Below are positions 27,656-37,906 of a stretch of 64,000 bases of DNA, in pieces. The first letter of the stretch is position 1. Every line of letters begins with the position of its first letter. Location of the stretch: positions 205,731 through 269,730 of the IMG/VR virus record IMGVR_UViG_3300017917_002434; one strand, given 5' to 3'. The notes beneath the pieces were generated by a model that ran no database searches, was not told where the DNA came from, and worked only from the letters and a program-made list of their open reading frames with translations. Made by a program: the position numbers and the translations under genes.

Positions 27656-29242
27656 ATGGCAAAGTCATTAGATGGTAATCTCATCAAGAAAGCACATGCC
27701 CAGACCAAATATACTTTAGAAGAAGTAAAGCATCTGGAAGCATGTATGGATCCTGTAACAGGACCTTTGTATTTCTGTAGGAATTTTTTAAAGATCCAAC
27801 ATCCTGTTCGTGGAAGTATTCCATTTGAACCTTACGAATATCAAGAAAGATTAATACAGGCCTATCACGAAAACAAGCAGTGTATTGCTATGTTACCTCG
27901 TCAGATGGGTAAGACAACCTGTGCCACAGGTTATCTATTATGGTATACAATGTTTGTACCAGAAGCACAGGTTCTGATCGCTGCTCACAAATATGAGGGT
28001 GCTCAGGATATTATGAATCGTTATCGCTATGGTTATGAAAATCTGCCTGACTTTATACGTGCTGGTGTTTATAGTTATAATAGGAATACAATCGAGTATG
28101 ATAATGGTGCTCGTATCCAAGCAACCACAACCACTGAAAACACCGGTCGTGGTAAATCGCTATCCTTAATTTACTGTGACGAGTTTGCGTTCGTACAGCC
28201 GCCAGAGAAAGCCAAGGAGTTCTGGACTGCCTTATCACCGACATTGTCTACAGGCGGTAAGTGTATTATTACATCAACACCAAACTCAGACGAAGATCAG
28301 TTTGCTCTTATCTGGACAGAAGCTAACAAAAAGTTTGACGAGTTTGGCAACGAACAAAAACTAGGTACCAACGGATTCTACAGTTATTTCGCACACTGGG
28401 CAGAGCATCCAGATCGTGATGAAGAGTGGGCTAAGGTAGAACGTGCCAAGATCGGTGAAGAGCGTTTCCGCCGTGAGTTTGACTGCGAGTTCTTGATCTT
28501 TGACGAAACATTAATCAACGCAGTAAAACTAGCCGAACTCAAAGGTAGCGAACCTGTAATGACTATGGGTCAGACACGTTGGTATAAAGAAATAAATCCG
28601 CAGGCCACATATCTCATAGCACTAGATCCTAGCTTGGGCACAGGCGGCGACTATGCTGCCATAGAAGTTTTTGAGATGCCTGCTATGGAGCAGGTAGCAG
28701 AATGGCGACACAATCTAACACCTATACAAAGTCAAGTAAAACATATGAGAGAAATATTAAAATATATTTCTGAACGATCGATGGAATTAGGTGGACAGCC
28801 CCAGATTTATTATTCTGTAGAAAATAATTCGTTAGGCGAAGCAGCATTGATCGTCATTAATGATATAGGCGAAGAGAATTTTCCTGGACTATTTTTAAGT
28901 GAACCTATACGCAAAGGACATGTGCGTAAGTTCCGCAAAGGATTTAACACAACACACAGGACTAAAGTAACTGCCTGTAGTCAACTTAAAAATATGCTAG
29001 AAACCTATAAGATGAAAATACATAGTAAGCCTCTGATTTCTGAGCTAAAAACATTCGTAGCACACGGTGTGGGTTTTGGTGCTAAAACAGGAGAACACGA
29101 CGATCTAGTTTCGTCCACTCTGTTAATCATACGTATGGCTGGTATCTTAGCAGATTGGGATCCGCACATATATGAAAAAATGACAGAACGACTGTCTGAA
29201 GAACAGTTACCCATGCCCATTTATGTAAGTTCTATATATTAA
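27656..29242 (+). CDS. gp17: Terminase large subunit (T4 gp17-like)
   Basis: Q motif YEYQ, Walker A PRQMGKT, Walker B IYCDEFAF, TSTPN, and RNase H-like LDPSLG..D and HDDLV. Confidence 0.96.
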   Translation: MAKSLDGNLIKKAHAQTKYTLEEVKHLEACMDPVTGPLYFCRNFLKIQHPVRGSIPFEPYEYQERLIQAYHENKQCIAMLPRQMGKTTCATGYLLWYTMFVPEAQVLIAAHKYEGAQDIMNRYRYGYENLPDFIRAGVYSYNRNTIEYDNGARIQATTTTENTGRGKSLSLIYCDEFAFVQPPEKAKEFWTALSPTLSTGGKCIITSTPNSDEDQFALIWTEANKKFDEFGNEQKLGTNGFYSYFAHWAEHPDRDEEWAKVERAKIGEERFRREFDCEFLIFDETLINAVKLAELKGSEPVMTMGQTRWYKEINPQATYLIALDPSLGTGGDYAAIEVFEMPAMEQVAEWRHNLTPIQSQVKHMREILKYISERSMELGGQPQIYYSVENNSLGEAALIVINDIGEENFPGLFLSEPIRKGHVRKFRKGFNTTHRTKVTACSQLKNMLETYKMKIHSKPLISELKTFVAHGVGFGAKTGEHDDLVSSTLLIIRMAGILADWDPHIYEKMTERLSEEQLPMPIYVSSIY

Positions 29243-29255
29243 GATAAATATAAAC

Positions 29256-30998
29256 ATGGAAGATAATATCAAAAGTGTAAGCACTGACCTTTTTTACAAG
29301 ATTAGAAGCCGATTTTCAGGCCTAAAATTAGGATCTGAATTAGGCGAAATTACCATCAACCCAGAAGAAGCTGTATTCTTTGATTTTGATTACATGGAAG
29401 GACAAAATCCTGTCGGACATGTAAGCATCAGTCTAGCTGAGCCTGGAAACATGAAAGTCTACTATAGTACAGGTATTACTGAAAATATGGATGCTGTACA
29501 GAAAGATACATGGTATGATTTTTTAAGAGGACTTAGAGAATTTGCCAAAAGACGATTAATGAGTTTTGATACACGAGATATTACTAAGGATAATTTAGAT
29601 CAAAGAGACTTTAGTTTCTTGAGTCAATACGCAAATAATACACCTGTCGGAGAGGGAGTTATGAAAGAAGGAATGTACGGTACTGCTAAAACCAGTTACC
29701 AAAAATTAGAAAACACAAGATTGATCATCAAACACGATCAACAGGTAGATGAAACTAGCCCGGGTGCTCGAACCAGACACATCAATGCTATGTTCATAGA
29801 AAACGGCCAAGGTGAGCGATTTAAATATCCGTTCATTCATTTAGCAGGTGCTCGTGCTATGCAGAGGCATGTACAGGAAGGCGGTTTGCCCTACGACGAT
29901 ATTGGCAAACACATCATTGGTATCAGTGAAAAAATCGCACATCTAAAGAATTTTGGAAATTACGTAGTACGAAATGATCTCATGAACTCCGAAACTAATG
30001 AGATCGTCGGTCGTGCTCATGAAACACTAGATAGTCTAAGAGAAACAATTAAAAAATTAGCCAAGAAAAGTCATTATGAACAATTTAAGGCACAGTTCCA
30101 GGCAGAACAGGTAACAGAGGTACCAGAAGAGTTCATCGAAGATCTAACTAATAAATTTACAGTAAAGAATTTCAAAGAAGATATCAAGGCCGCATTCCCT
30201 ATCATTTATAGCCTAATGCAGACCAAAGAAGATATACATTATGACGACATAGTCGCGATGACTCAACCAACTAACGAAGAAGTAGAACTCGACCTCGAAA
30301 GCGTAGAAGAATTTGATGATCCATTTTCAAAATTTGAAGATTGGGCTATGAACTTAGGCGAAGATAATGCTATCACTAGTCAAGACGAAGAAGAAAAAGC
30401 AGCAGCAGTAGAAAAATTACAGGCTCTGGTAGGCGAACATTTTCCCGCAGGTGTTGATGGTCAAAACGCCATCAGCAGCTTAAAAGGCATAATCGACGAT
30501 CCCGAACTAGCACGTGAAATCAAAGATGCTGCTAAAGAAGACGCAGACACTTGCGTTCGACCTTTAGTATATCAATGGCTAGAAAATAATGCTCCAGACG
30601 TAGTGGACGAATTAGATTTTGGTGACATGGATATGCCAGACGAACCTCAATATGATGACGAAGGCGGAGACACAGATGATTCTTACGCTCTAGCATCGGC
30701 AGGTCACGGATCTGATGAGGACTATGGAGACTTTGGCAACGAATACGAAGGAATCGATCCCCAAGAACAAAAAATAAATGTGCAAGAAGTTGCTGAATTT
30801 ATGTTTACAGGCTATGATCCAATCAAAAAAACATTTCCTAAAGGCCCAGAAGGTATGATCACTATGGTAGGCAAAAAATTTGGACCAAAGGCCGAATCCG
30901 CAGCACGTGAATTAGTGATGCGTATGGCACCTAACCAAAATACACAAGTACCACAGGTAAATGAATTATCAAGAATCAAAGAATTATCTGGACTATAA
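29256..30998 (+). CDS. Large acidic late protein of unknown function
   Basis: 580-aa ORF with late promoter and an acidic C-terminal half ending ELSRIKELSGL. Confidence 0.7.
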   Translation: MEDNIKSVSTDLFYKIRSRFSGLKLGSELGEITINPEEAVFFDFDYMEGQNPVGHVSISLAEPGNMKVYYSTGITENMDAVQKDTWYDFLRGLREFAKRRLMSFDTRDITKDNLDQRDFSFLSQYANNTPVGEGVMKEGMYGTAKTSYQKLENTRLIIKHDQQVDETSPGARTRHINAMFIENGQGERFKYPFIHLAGARAMQRHVQEGGLPYDDIGKHIIGISEKIAHLKNFGNYVVRNDLMNSETNEIVGRAHETLDSLRETIKKLAKKSHYEQFKAQFQAEQVTEVPEEFIEDLTNKFTVKNFKEDIKAAFPIIYSLMQTKEDIHYDDIVAMTQPTNEEVELDLESVEEFDDPFSKFEDWAMNLGEDNAITSQDEEEKAAAVEKLQALVGEHFPAGVDGQNAISSLKGIIDDPELAREIKDAAKEDADTCVRPLVYQWLENNAPDVVDELDFGDMDMPDEPQYDDEGGDTDDSYALASAGHGSDEDYGDFGNEYEGIDPQEQKINVQEVAEFMFTGYDPIKKTFPKGPEGMITMVGKKFGPKAESAARELVMRMAPNQNTQVPQVNELSRIKELSGL

Positions 30999-31017
30999 TA
31001 ACTTATAACTCGAGATT

Positions 31018-31039
31018 GGGCACTTAGGTGCCCTTTCTC
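31018..31039 (+). terminator. Probable terminator
   Basis: GGGCAC-TTAG-GTGCCC followed by TTTCTC. Confidence 0.6.
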
Positions 31040-31143
31040 TTGATCAATATTACCATTTCACGTTTACCAACCATCGGTTGTCGGCGTTAATATATACAGT
31101 TGTCGACGAATCTCGACAACAAAAATAAAATGGAGATTTTCAT

Positions 31144-31326
31144 ATGAAATCAGTAGTAACTTTATTCGCTACACTCTTCGCAGTTTCTGCTTTTGCCCAA
31201 GCACCTGCAGCTCCTGCTAAGAAAGAAGAAGCAAAGCCTGCTGCCGCAGCACCTGCTAAGAAAGAAGAAGCAAAGCCAGCAGCACCAGCTAAGAAAGAAG
31301 AAAAGAAAGACGCAGCCAAGAAGTAA
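31144..31326 (+). CDS. Small secreted Ala/Lys/Pro/Glu-rich repeat protein
   Basis: GGAG RBS, signal peptide ending AFA|Q, and three PAKKEE repeats. Confidence 0.8.
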   Translation: MKSVVTLFATLFAVSAFAQAPAAPAKKEEAKPAAAAPAKKEEAKPAAPAKKEEKKDAAKK

Positions 31327-31336
31327 TTGGTCCGAA

Positions 31337-31366
31337 GAAAGGGTTCTGTAATAGAACCTTTTCTTT
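31337..31366 (+). terminator. Rho-independent terminator
   Basis: AAAGGGTTCT-GTAAT-AGAACCTTTT followed by CTTTT. Confidence 0.7.
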
Positions 31367-31392
31367 TGGCGAAAAAAAATATTGTAAACATC

Positions 31393-31421
31393 TTGTTTTT
31401 TATAAATAAATCACGCATAAT
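31393..31421 (+). promoter_or_regulatory. Nested sigma70-like and late promoters for gp32
   Basis: TTGTTT-17 bp-CATAAT with a perfect TATAAATA (31401-31408) inside the spacer. Confidence 0.6.
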
Positions 31422-31474
31422 AACAATATGCGTAAGGCATACATTTTAAGGCATATTAAAGGAGGCAATTTAAA

Positions 31475-32443
31475 ATGGCAACATTAGCAGAAATCCGTGC
31501 GAAACTTCAAGAAGCACAAGCAGGCCAAGGCGGCAAATCAAGCGGCGGCGACAACGCAATCTATCCACACTGGAACATGGCAGAAGGTAAAGAAGCAACT
31601 ATTCGTTTCTTGCCCGACGGTGATTCTAACAACACTTTCTTCTGGATTGAACGAGCAATGATTAAATTGCCGTTTGCTGGAATCAAAGGTGACACATCAA
31701 GTAAACCTGTACAAGTACAAGTTCCTTGTATGGAAATGTGGAATGAAACCTGTCCTATCCTAAGCGAAGTGCGTGGTTGGTTCAAAGATAAATCACTAGA
31801 AGACATGGGTCGTAAGTATTGGAAGAAGCGTTCTTACATCTTCCAAGGCTTCGTTGTTAAGAATCCTATCGCAGAAGATACAACTCCAGAAAACCCAATT
31901 CGCCGATTTATCATCGGTCCTCAAATCTATCAAATCATTAAGAGTGCGTTGATGGATCCTGAGCTAAATGAACTACCAACTGATTTCAACCACGGTGTTG
32001 ATTTCCGTATTGCTAAAACTAGCAAAGGTGGTTATGCTGACTACAGCACATCAAAGTGGAGCCGTGTTGAACGTGCCCTTAGCGATGAAGAACGTGCGGC
32101 AGTCGAAGCACAAGGTCTGTTTAACTTAAAAGACTTCTTACCAAAGAAACCCACAGAAGTAGAACTCAAAGTCATTAAAGAGATGTTTGAAGCATCTGTC
32201 GACGGAGAAGCCTACGATATGGAACGTTGGGGTCAGTACTTCAAACCAGCAGGACTCGGTCAAGCAACAGGTGATCCAGTAGCACGTCGTTCAGACGATG
32301 TACCGGCAGGTGAAGACGATGAGCCGGCAGTAGCCGCTCCGGCCCCTAAGGCAGAGGCAGCACCAGCAACAGCAGCCGCAGGTGCTAACAACAGTAGAGC
32401 ACAAGACATCCTAGCGATGATCCGCTCACGTCAAGGCCAATAA
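31475..32443 (+). CDS. gp32: ssDNA-binding protein (T4 gp32-like)
   Basis: IRFLP, CPI, YWKKRSY and ADYSTSKW motifs with an acidic/low-complexity C-tail; lies upstream of uvsX. Confidence 0.88.
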   Translation: MATLAEIRAKLQEAQAGQGGKSSGGDNAIYPHWNMAEGKEATIRFLPDGDSNNTFFWIERAMIKLPFAGIKGDTSSKPVQVQVPCMEMWNETCPILSEVRGWFKDKSLEDMGRKYWKKRSYIFQGFVVKNPIAEDTTPENPIRRFIIGPQIYQIIKSALMDPELNELPTDFNHGVDFRIAKTSKGGYADYSTSKWSRVERALSDEERAAVEAQGLFNLKDFLPKKPTEVELKVIKEMFEASVDGEAYDMERWGQYFKPAGLGQATGDPVARRSDDVPAGEDDEPAVAAPAPKAEAAPATAAAGANNSRAQDILAMIRSRQGQ

Positions 32444-32450
32444 AGCGACA

Positions 32451-32470
32451 GGAGGGGGTAATTCCCCTCC
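32451..32470 (+). other. Intergenic stem-loop
   Basis: GGAGGGG-GTAATT-CCCCTCC between gp32 and uvsX. Confidence 0.5.
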
Positions 32471-32498
32471 ATTCCATTTCTGTGAGGATTGAATAATA

Positions 32499-33578
32499 AT
32501 GACAAAAGCATTTGATATTAGTAAATTTAGAAAAAGCCTCACCAAGAGTATTGAAGGTCTTGGTATAGGTTTTAATGACCCAACTGACTGGGTCTCAACA
32601 GGCAATTATGCCTTGAATTATTTGATCAGTGGAGATTTCAAAAAAGGAGTTCCACTAGGAAAAGTGACTGTGTTCGCAGGCGAATCAGGAGCGGGCAAAT
32701 CTTATATCTGTTCCGGTAATATGATCAAACATGCTCAAGAACAAGGCATCTACGTAGTATTAGTAGATAGCGAAAACGCACTAGATCAAGCATGGTTAGA
32801 AGCACTAGGTGTAGATACATCAGAAGAAAAACTTCTTAAACTCAATATGGCAATGATTGATGATGTTGCTAAGACTATTGTTGAGTTTATGAAAGAATAC
32901 AAAGCTATGCCGGAAGAAACCCGTCCTAAAGTTTTGTTTGTACTTGACTCCCTAGGCATGTTGCTTACTCCTACAGACGTTAACCAGTTTGAAGCAGGCG
33001 ATTTGAAAGGTGACATGGGTCGTAAACCCAAGGCATTGACGGCACTTGTTCGTAATTGTGTAAACATGTTTGGTAGTTATAATGTTGGCCTAGTAGCAAC
33101 TAATCACACATACGCTTCACAAGATATGTTTGATCCGGATGATAAGATCTCAGGCGGACAGGGCTTTATCTACGCATCGTCAATCGTTGTTGCTATGAAA
33201 AAACTCAAGCTCAAAGAAGACGAAGATGGCAACAAGATTTCAGAAGTCAAAGGTATTCGTGCTGCTTGTAAGATCATGAAAACTCGCTACGCTAAACCTT
33301 TTGAATCAGTACAAGTTAAAATTCCTTATGAAACAGGTATGAATCCATATAGTGGACTGGTCGACCTGTTCGAAGGAAAGTCTTTGTTAAAGAAAGACGG
33401 CAATAGGTTGAGTTTTGTAACCGTCGACGGCGAGATTCTGAAATTCTATCGCAAAGAGTGGGAACGTAACGAAGGTGGGTGTTTAGATAAAATTATGGAA
33501 GAAGTTTCTAAAGGTACGGTAAAATTAGATTCTGAGATAACTAATAATGTTGAACCCCAACCGGAGACTGTAGAATGA
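32499..33578 (+). CDS. uvsX: RecA-like recombinase UvsX
   Basis: Walker A GESGAGKS, LDSLG, NHTY and SGGQGFIYASS motifs. Confidence 0.93.
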   Translation: MTKAFDISKFRKSLTKSIEGLGIGFNDPTDWVSTGNYALNYLISGDFKKGVPLGKVTVFAGESGAGKSYICSGNMIKHAQEQGIYVVLVDSENALDQAWLEALGVDTSEEKLLKLNMAMIDDVAKTIVEFMKEYKAMPEETRPKVLFVLDSLGMLLTPTDVNQFEAGDLKGDMGRKPKALTALVRNCVNMFGSYNVGLVATNHTYASQDMFDPDDKISGGQGFIYASSIVVAMKKLKLKEDEDGNKISEVKGIRAACKIMKTRYAKPFESVQVKIPYETGMNPYSGLVDLFEGKSLLKKDGNRLSFVTVDGEILKFYRKEWERNEGGCLDKIMEEVSKGTVKLDSEITNNVEPQPETVE

Positions 33579-33820
33579 AAGAAGATATGATTGCCGATCT
33601 TTGGCACGTGATGAGCGAGCACATCCCAGAGAAACAGAAAAAGGATGTAGCATTTGATTTTGTAAATGTCCTCCTGGACTACGGCATCAAGGAATCAGTG
33701 TTAAGCAGCATGCAAGGCATTGATCCTCATCTAGATGAAGCCATTGAATATTCCTTAGATTCTGAAGACGAAGCAGAATACGAGGAGTATGACAACGATT
33801 ATAATGAGGACGATGAGTGA
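33575..33820 (+). CDS. Small acidic hypothetical protein
   Basis: ATGA-coupled ORF between uvsX and uvsY. Confidence 0.7.
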   Translation: MKEDMIADLWHVMSEHIPEKQKKDVAFDFVNVLLDYGIKESVLSSMQGIDPHLDEAIEYSLDSEDEAEYEEYDNDYNEDDE

Positions 33821-34272
33821 GTTGGTACGACAAAGTCAGTAAAGATATTTCTTATATTCCAGATGCGGCACAATTCTATGAAAACGAATTACAGGCTGCT
33901 AAACTAGAATGTAAGATTTTTGGAAATATTGAAAAAGTATCAGCATCAATGCCGGGTATAGTCGAGAATCGTTTTAATCAACTACAAGAGATTGAAGCGA
34001 TTCTCGAGTACCTTAATATCGAACTGAGACGTTTAAAAAGCCAACATTTTCGTAAGTATCTAGAAAATTATCAGCGTAGCCTAAGTTCAAGAGACTGCGA
34101 AAAGTTTGTTGATGGTGAAGCAGATGTTGTTGATTTTGAAAAGATCATCAACGAGTTTGCCTTACTTAGAAACAAATGGTTAGGTGTTATCAAAGCACTG
34201 GATCAGAAACAGTGGCAATTGACTAACATCGTTAAATTACGTGTAGCAGGCATGGAAGACGCCTCTCTTTAA
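33817..34272 (+). CDS. uvsY: Recombination mediator UvsY-like
   Basis: YLENY..LSSRD.EK.VDGE and ALDQKQWQL.NIVKLR pattern of UvsY-family proteins; lies next to uvsX. Confidence 0.75.
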   Translation: MSWYDKVSKDISYIPDAAQFYENELQAAKLECKIFGNIEKVSASMPGIVENRFNQLQEIEAILEYLNIELRRLKSQHFRKYLENYQRSLSSRDCEKFVDGEADVVDFEKIINEFALLRNKWLGVIKALDQKQWQLTNIVKLRVAGMEDASL

Positions 34273-34904
34273 TAAGACACCATTCCCCATTTATTTTTCT
34301 TAGCACCGGCGTAATGGTCAGCGTAAGCACCAAAGGTCTTTTTTACCGGATTCCATTCTCTGGTATCTAATCCCACATATCGCAGATTGTGATCATTAAA
34401 TAATTTGTTCAATAGGCCTTGTCCTTGAAAATCATATTCATGTTCTAAATATTTGCCTACTGATTTTTTAGTCTTTTCTATGACATACTTTGGCAAATAC
34501 ATAAATCCAGCGTTGAAATAATATTCTCTAGGTACTCCGAGTATCGCTGCTAACCCTTCTACAGATTTTCCAGGATCGGTAACAGCGTAAAATTGATCTC
34601 CACACATTTCGAAAAGATTAGGGGCATTGTCTTTAATAATATAATCAGAATCGAAATAGATGATCTGATCATAATTTTCAAAATCGTAGAACTTTAATTT
34701 CTGATAGTCTATGTGTTTACCTGCGGCAGGTTTATAGTCGTTAGGATCAGTGACCATATAGTAATCAGCACCACAGCGATTAGCATATCTTCTAGCGTTA
34801 CGTTCACTGATAGCATACATTTCTTGATGAAATGAATATGTTGTTAGCCTATCTGTCTGTACGTAATTGGGAATATTGATCTGAAATATAATTCTTTTAG
34901 GCAT
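34269..34904 (-). CDS. GT-A glycosyltransferase (GT8-like)
   Basis: KLKF..YDQIIYFDSD, YFNAG and QGLLN motifs. Confidence 0.75.
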   Translation of the reverse strand: MPKRIIFQINIPNYVQTDRLTTYSFHQEMYAISERNARRYANRCGADYYMVTDPNDYKPAAGKHIDYQKLKFYDFENYDQIIYFDSDYIIKDNAPNLFEMCGDQFYAVTDPGKSVEGLAAILGVPREYYFNAGFMYLPKYVIEKTKKSVGKYLEHEYDFQGQGLLNKLFNDHNLRYVGLDTREWNPVKKTFGAYADHYAGAKKNKWGMVSY

Positions 34905-34964
34905 CTTAAATCCGTTTTAAAACGTTATTTAGTTAGATAAATACTCAGTTAATTAGAGGTTAGA

Positions 34965-35612
34965 ATGAAGAGTCTAAGAGATAAAATTTCAGATCCGCGA
35001 TATGATAACGAATTTAGTCAAGTGTTGTTATCTGCCGAGCACCATTTTTATAATTTACATAAAGCTCATAACGGAAATTGGCATATGGGGTGGGGAGCAT
35101 ATCTATTCGATGGACGTACCTACGAATACTGTATAGATATGTACGACAAACAAAAGTTATTATATGAAGTAGCAAAAAATAACAAGTCAGTCCTTGAGAT
35201 AGGAACGTATGTCGGTCATTCATTATTATTAATGCTTCTTGCTAATCCAAAATTAAGAGCTACTTGTATTGATATCTCAGATGAGTTCGCTGGTCCGTCT
35301 GTCGAATATTTAAGAAAATCTTTTCCTGAAGCAGATATTGAATTCATTCATAAATCTAGTTTAGACGCTCTTCCTCTGATAGACAAAAAATACGATATGT
35401 TCCATATCGATGGCACACATAAAAATAAAATTATTACCATAGAGTTTCATCAGTGTATAGAAAAAAGAAGTTCAAATATTGTTGATGTTGTTTTTGACGA
35501 TATATATTCTTGTCAAAAATTATTAGATCAAATCAAAGAAAATATGAATGTATTGGAATCGTCAATTCCCGGATGTACATTTTCAAACGGATATTTTAAG
35601 TTAAAGGTATAA
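34965..35612 (+). CDS. Class I SAM-dependent methyltransferase
   Basis: VLEIGTYVGHS and DMFHIDGTH motifs. Confidence 0.85.
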   Translation: MKSLRDKISDPRYDNEFSQVLLSAEHHFYNLHKAHNGNWHMGWGAYLFDGRTYEYCIDMYDKQKLLYEVAKNNKSVLEIGTYVGHSLLLMLLANPKLRATCIDISDEFAGPSVEYLRKSFPEADIEFIHKSSLDALPLIDKKYDMFHIDGTHKNKIITIEFHQCIEKRSSNIVDVVFDDIYSCQKLLDQIKENMNVLESSIPGCTFSNGYFKLKV

Positions 35613-35615
35613 AGT

Positions 35616-36515
35616 ATGAAATCTTTAGTTACAGGCGGAGCTGGATTCATTGGCTCACACATAGTCGATAGATTAATTCAATTAGGACACGAAGTAGTCG
35701 TAATTGACAACGAAACATCGCAGGTTCATGATAATTTTTATTATAACGATAAGGCACAGTATCATAAGCTCGATATCGTAGATTACGAGAATACAAGAAA
35801 ATTATACGAAGATGTAGATTATGTTTTTCATTGTGCGGCAGAATCTCGTATACAACCTACAATTTTAAATCCACTAGGTGCCATTAAAACCAATACACTA
35901 GGAACAGGAACTGTGCTACAGTGTGCTAGAGAAGCCGGCGTGAAGAAAGTTATGTACAGTTCTACATCATCTGGATACGGATTAAAAAATGAACCTCCAT
36001 TAAGAGAAGACATGCCAGATGATTGTCTTAATCCTTATTCTGTATCAAAAGTGTCTGGCGAAAAACTTTGTTCGATGTATACTCGATTATTTGGTGTTAA
36101 AACAGTGATTTTTAGATACTTTAATGTCTACGGACCGAGAGAGCCCTTGAGAGGTCCTTATGCTCCTGTTGTTGGTCTTTTTATTAGACAGCATCGAGCA
36201 GGAGAAGCATTGACTATCGTTCCTGATGGAACACAGCGTAGGGACTTTACACATGTAGATGATGTTGTAGAAGCTAATATACTAGCCATGTCTAAAGACG
36301 ACCACGATCATTACGGCGAAGTTTTTAATGTAGGTACAGGAACGAATCATTCTGTATTAGAACTAGCGGCTATGATATCAGAAAATACAAAAATGATCGA
36401 ACCTAGGCTAGGCGAAGCATATATCACTTTAGCAGACAATTCAAAATTGCGAAATGTGTTTGGATGGAAACCTACAAAAGATTTAGAAAGTTATGTCAAA
36501 GAACTGAAAAAATGA
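35616..36515 (+). CDS. NAD-dependent nucleotide-sugar epimerase/dehydratase
   Basis: TGGAGFIGSH, YSSTSS, YxxxK (YSVSK), RYFNVYG and RDFTHV motifs. Confidence 0.93.
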   Translation: MKSLVTGGAGFIGSHIVDRLIQLGHEVVVIDNETSQVHDNFYYNDKAQYHKLDIVDYENTRKLYEDVDYVFHCAAESRIQPTILNPLGAIKTNTLGTGTVLQCAREAGVKKVMYSSTSSGYGLKNEPPLREDMPDDCLNPYSVSKVSGEKLCSMYTRLFGVKTVIFRYFNVYGPREPLRGPYAPVVGLFIRQHRAGEALTIVPDGTQRRDFTHVDDVVEANILAMSKDDHDHYGEVFNVGTGTNHSVLELAAMISENTKMIEPRLGEAYITLADNSKLRNVFGWKPTKDLESYVKELKK

Positions 36516-37093
36516 AGAAAAACAAATATGTGATCGACGAAGCAGCACCACATTTAGGCGGAAATTTGCTCTTCGGTGATGCTAATACATGGGCACCATT
36601 GGCCTGGGAATATATTTTAGAAAATTTTGATATAAAGTCCATGACAGATCTTGGATCAGGATTAGGACACGCTGCTAAATGGTTTACAGACAAATCTATT
36701 GTTGTAACAGCAGTCGATGGGCTGTCTTACAATGTAGACAATGCCATATTACCAACAGTGCTTCATGATTTAACTGTTGGTCCATATACTAACGCAGTTG
36801 ATCTAGTTTACTGTGTAGAAGTAGTAGAACACATAGAAGAAAAATATTTAGATAATCTGTTAACTTCATTAACTCAAGGTTCGTATCTTTTTATGACACA
36901 TGCTGTGCCCGGTCAAGATGGATATCACCATGTTAATTGTAGAGACAGTGATTATTGGATCAATCACTTGCTAGACAGAAATTTTATATTACTAGATGAA
37001 GCTTCGGAAAAAATTAGATCTCTAGCAGCAGAAAATAATGCTATACATATTTCAAGAAACGGAATGATTTTTAAAAAATTATTGTCTGTGTAA
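36512..37093 (+). CDS. Class I SAM-dependent methyltransferase
   Basis: DLGSGLG, CVEVVEHI and GQDGYHHVN motifs. Start moved to ATG 36512. Confidence 0.85.
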   Translation: MKKNKYVIDEAAPHLGGNLLFGDANTWAPLAWEYILENFDIKSMTDLGSGLGHAAKWFTDKSIVVTAVDGLSYNVDNAILPTVLHDLTVGPYTNAVDLVYCVEVVEHIEEKYLDNLLTSLTQGSYLFMTHAVPGQDGYHHVNCRDSDYWINHLLDRNFILLDEASEKIRSLAAENNAIHISRNGMIFKKLLSV

Positions 37094-37849
37094 TTTATTA
37101 ATTTCTTTTACAGACTCTAGTAATCTCTGAGGCGTACCTATATCGAGTCCGTGTTCTACGATAGCAGCGACGTCTTTAGGAAAACAAGCACCGCCATAAC
37201 CAAACTGTCCGTCGGGGCCCGGGACATCCCAATGACTATTTCCTAGTCTAGTATCATTTTTAGCTATCTCTTTTATTTCTTTCCAGTCTACTCCTACGGC
37301 CTTAGCTAGATGAAACAGATCGTTCATAAACGTAACCTTAGTTGCCATAAAAGCATTAGCCATATATTTGAAAAGACTGGCCGAGGCAATGTCTGTGATA
37401 TGATAGTGTTTGGCCTGTATCGTGCTAGATGAAATTATTTGTTTTGCTCTCTCGCAAAATCGAGGATTGCCACCTATCAACACCCATGTTGATGTTTCGT
37501 AATCTTCGGTAGCATTAGCCGCTGTAAGAAATTCGGGAGCATGTACTAGGTTTGGATATTGATCTTGTAATCTTAGATATACCCCTGGAGGAACTGTGCT
37601 TTTACATATAATAACACCGTCGTATCCTTCTAATTCTTTTAACACAGATTTTACATACGAATCATCACAATGCCCATCTTCCAACATTGGCGTTGGTACG
37701 CAGATGTATACAGCATCGCAACTTTTAATATCTTTTATAGTTGCTGATTGATCTCCCAATTTAGGATCTCTAGCAATAAAATGTTGATATCTGTGAGTAT
37801 GGGCCACAGCTGAACCTACATACCCTAATCCAAAAATTCCTATTTTCAT
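37079..37849 (-). CDS. ugd: UDP-glucose/GDP-mannose 6-dehydrogenase, short form
   Basis: GLGYVG, KSTVPPG, PEFL and catalytic GYGGACFPKD motifs; ends without the usual C-terminal domain. Start moved to 37849. Confidence 0.85.
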   Translation of the reverse strand: MKIGIFGLGYVGSAVAHTHRYQHFIARDPKLGDQSATIKDIKSCDAVYICVPTPMLEDGHCDDSYVKSVLKELEGYDGVIICKSTVPPGVYLRLQDQYPNLVHAPEFLTAANATEDYETSTWVLIGGNPRFCERAKQIISSSTIQAKHYHITDIASASLFKYMANAFMATKVTFMNDLFHLAKAVGVDWKEIKEIAKNDTRLGNSHWDVPGPDGQFGYGGACFPKDVAAIVEHGLDIGTPQRLLESVKEINKLHRQ

Positions 37850-37906
37850 CAAGTCCTCTCTAACCACAGTTTATTTAGTGGGTATATTATTCAAATAAAT
37901 AGAAAC

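Noticed and set aside
27656-29242. Intein or group I intron in terminase, UvsX, UvsW or helicase
   Set aside because: The ORFs are uninterrupted and of ordinary length, with no C/S...HN intein boundaries or LAGLIDADG motifs seen.
31140-31418. 92-aa minus-strand ORF over the PAKKEE peptide
   Set aside because: It is the antisense mirror of the repeat gene; the + strand ORF has the RBS, signal peptide and terminator.
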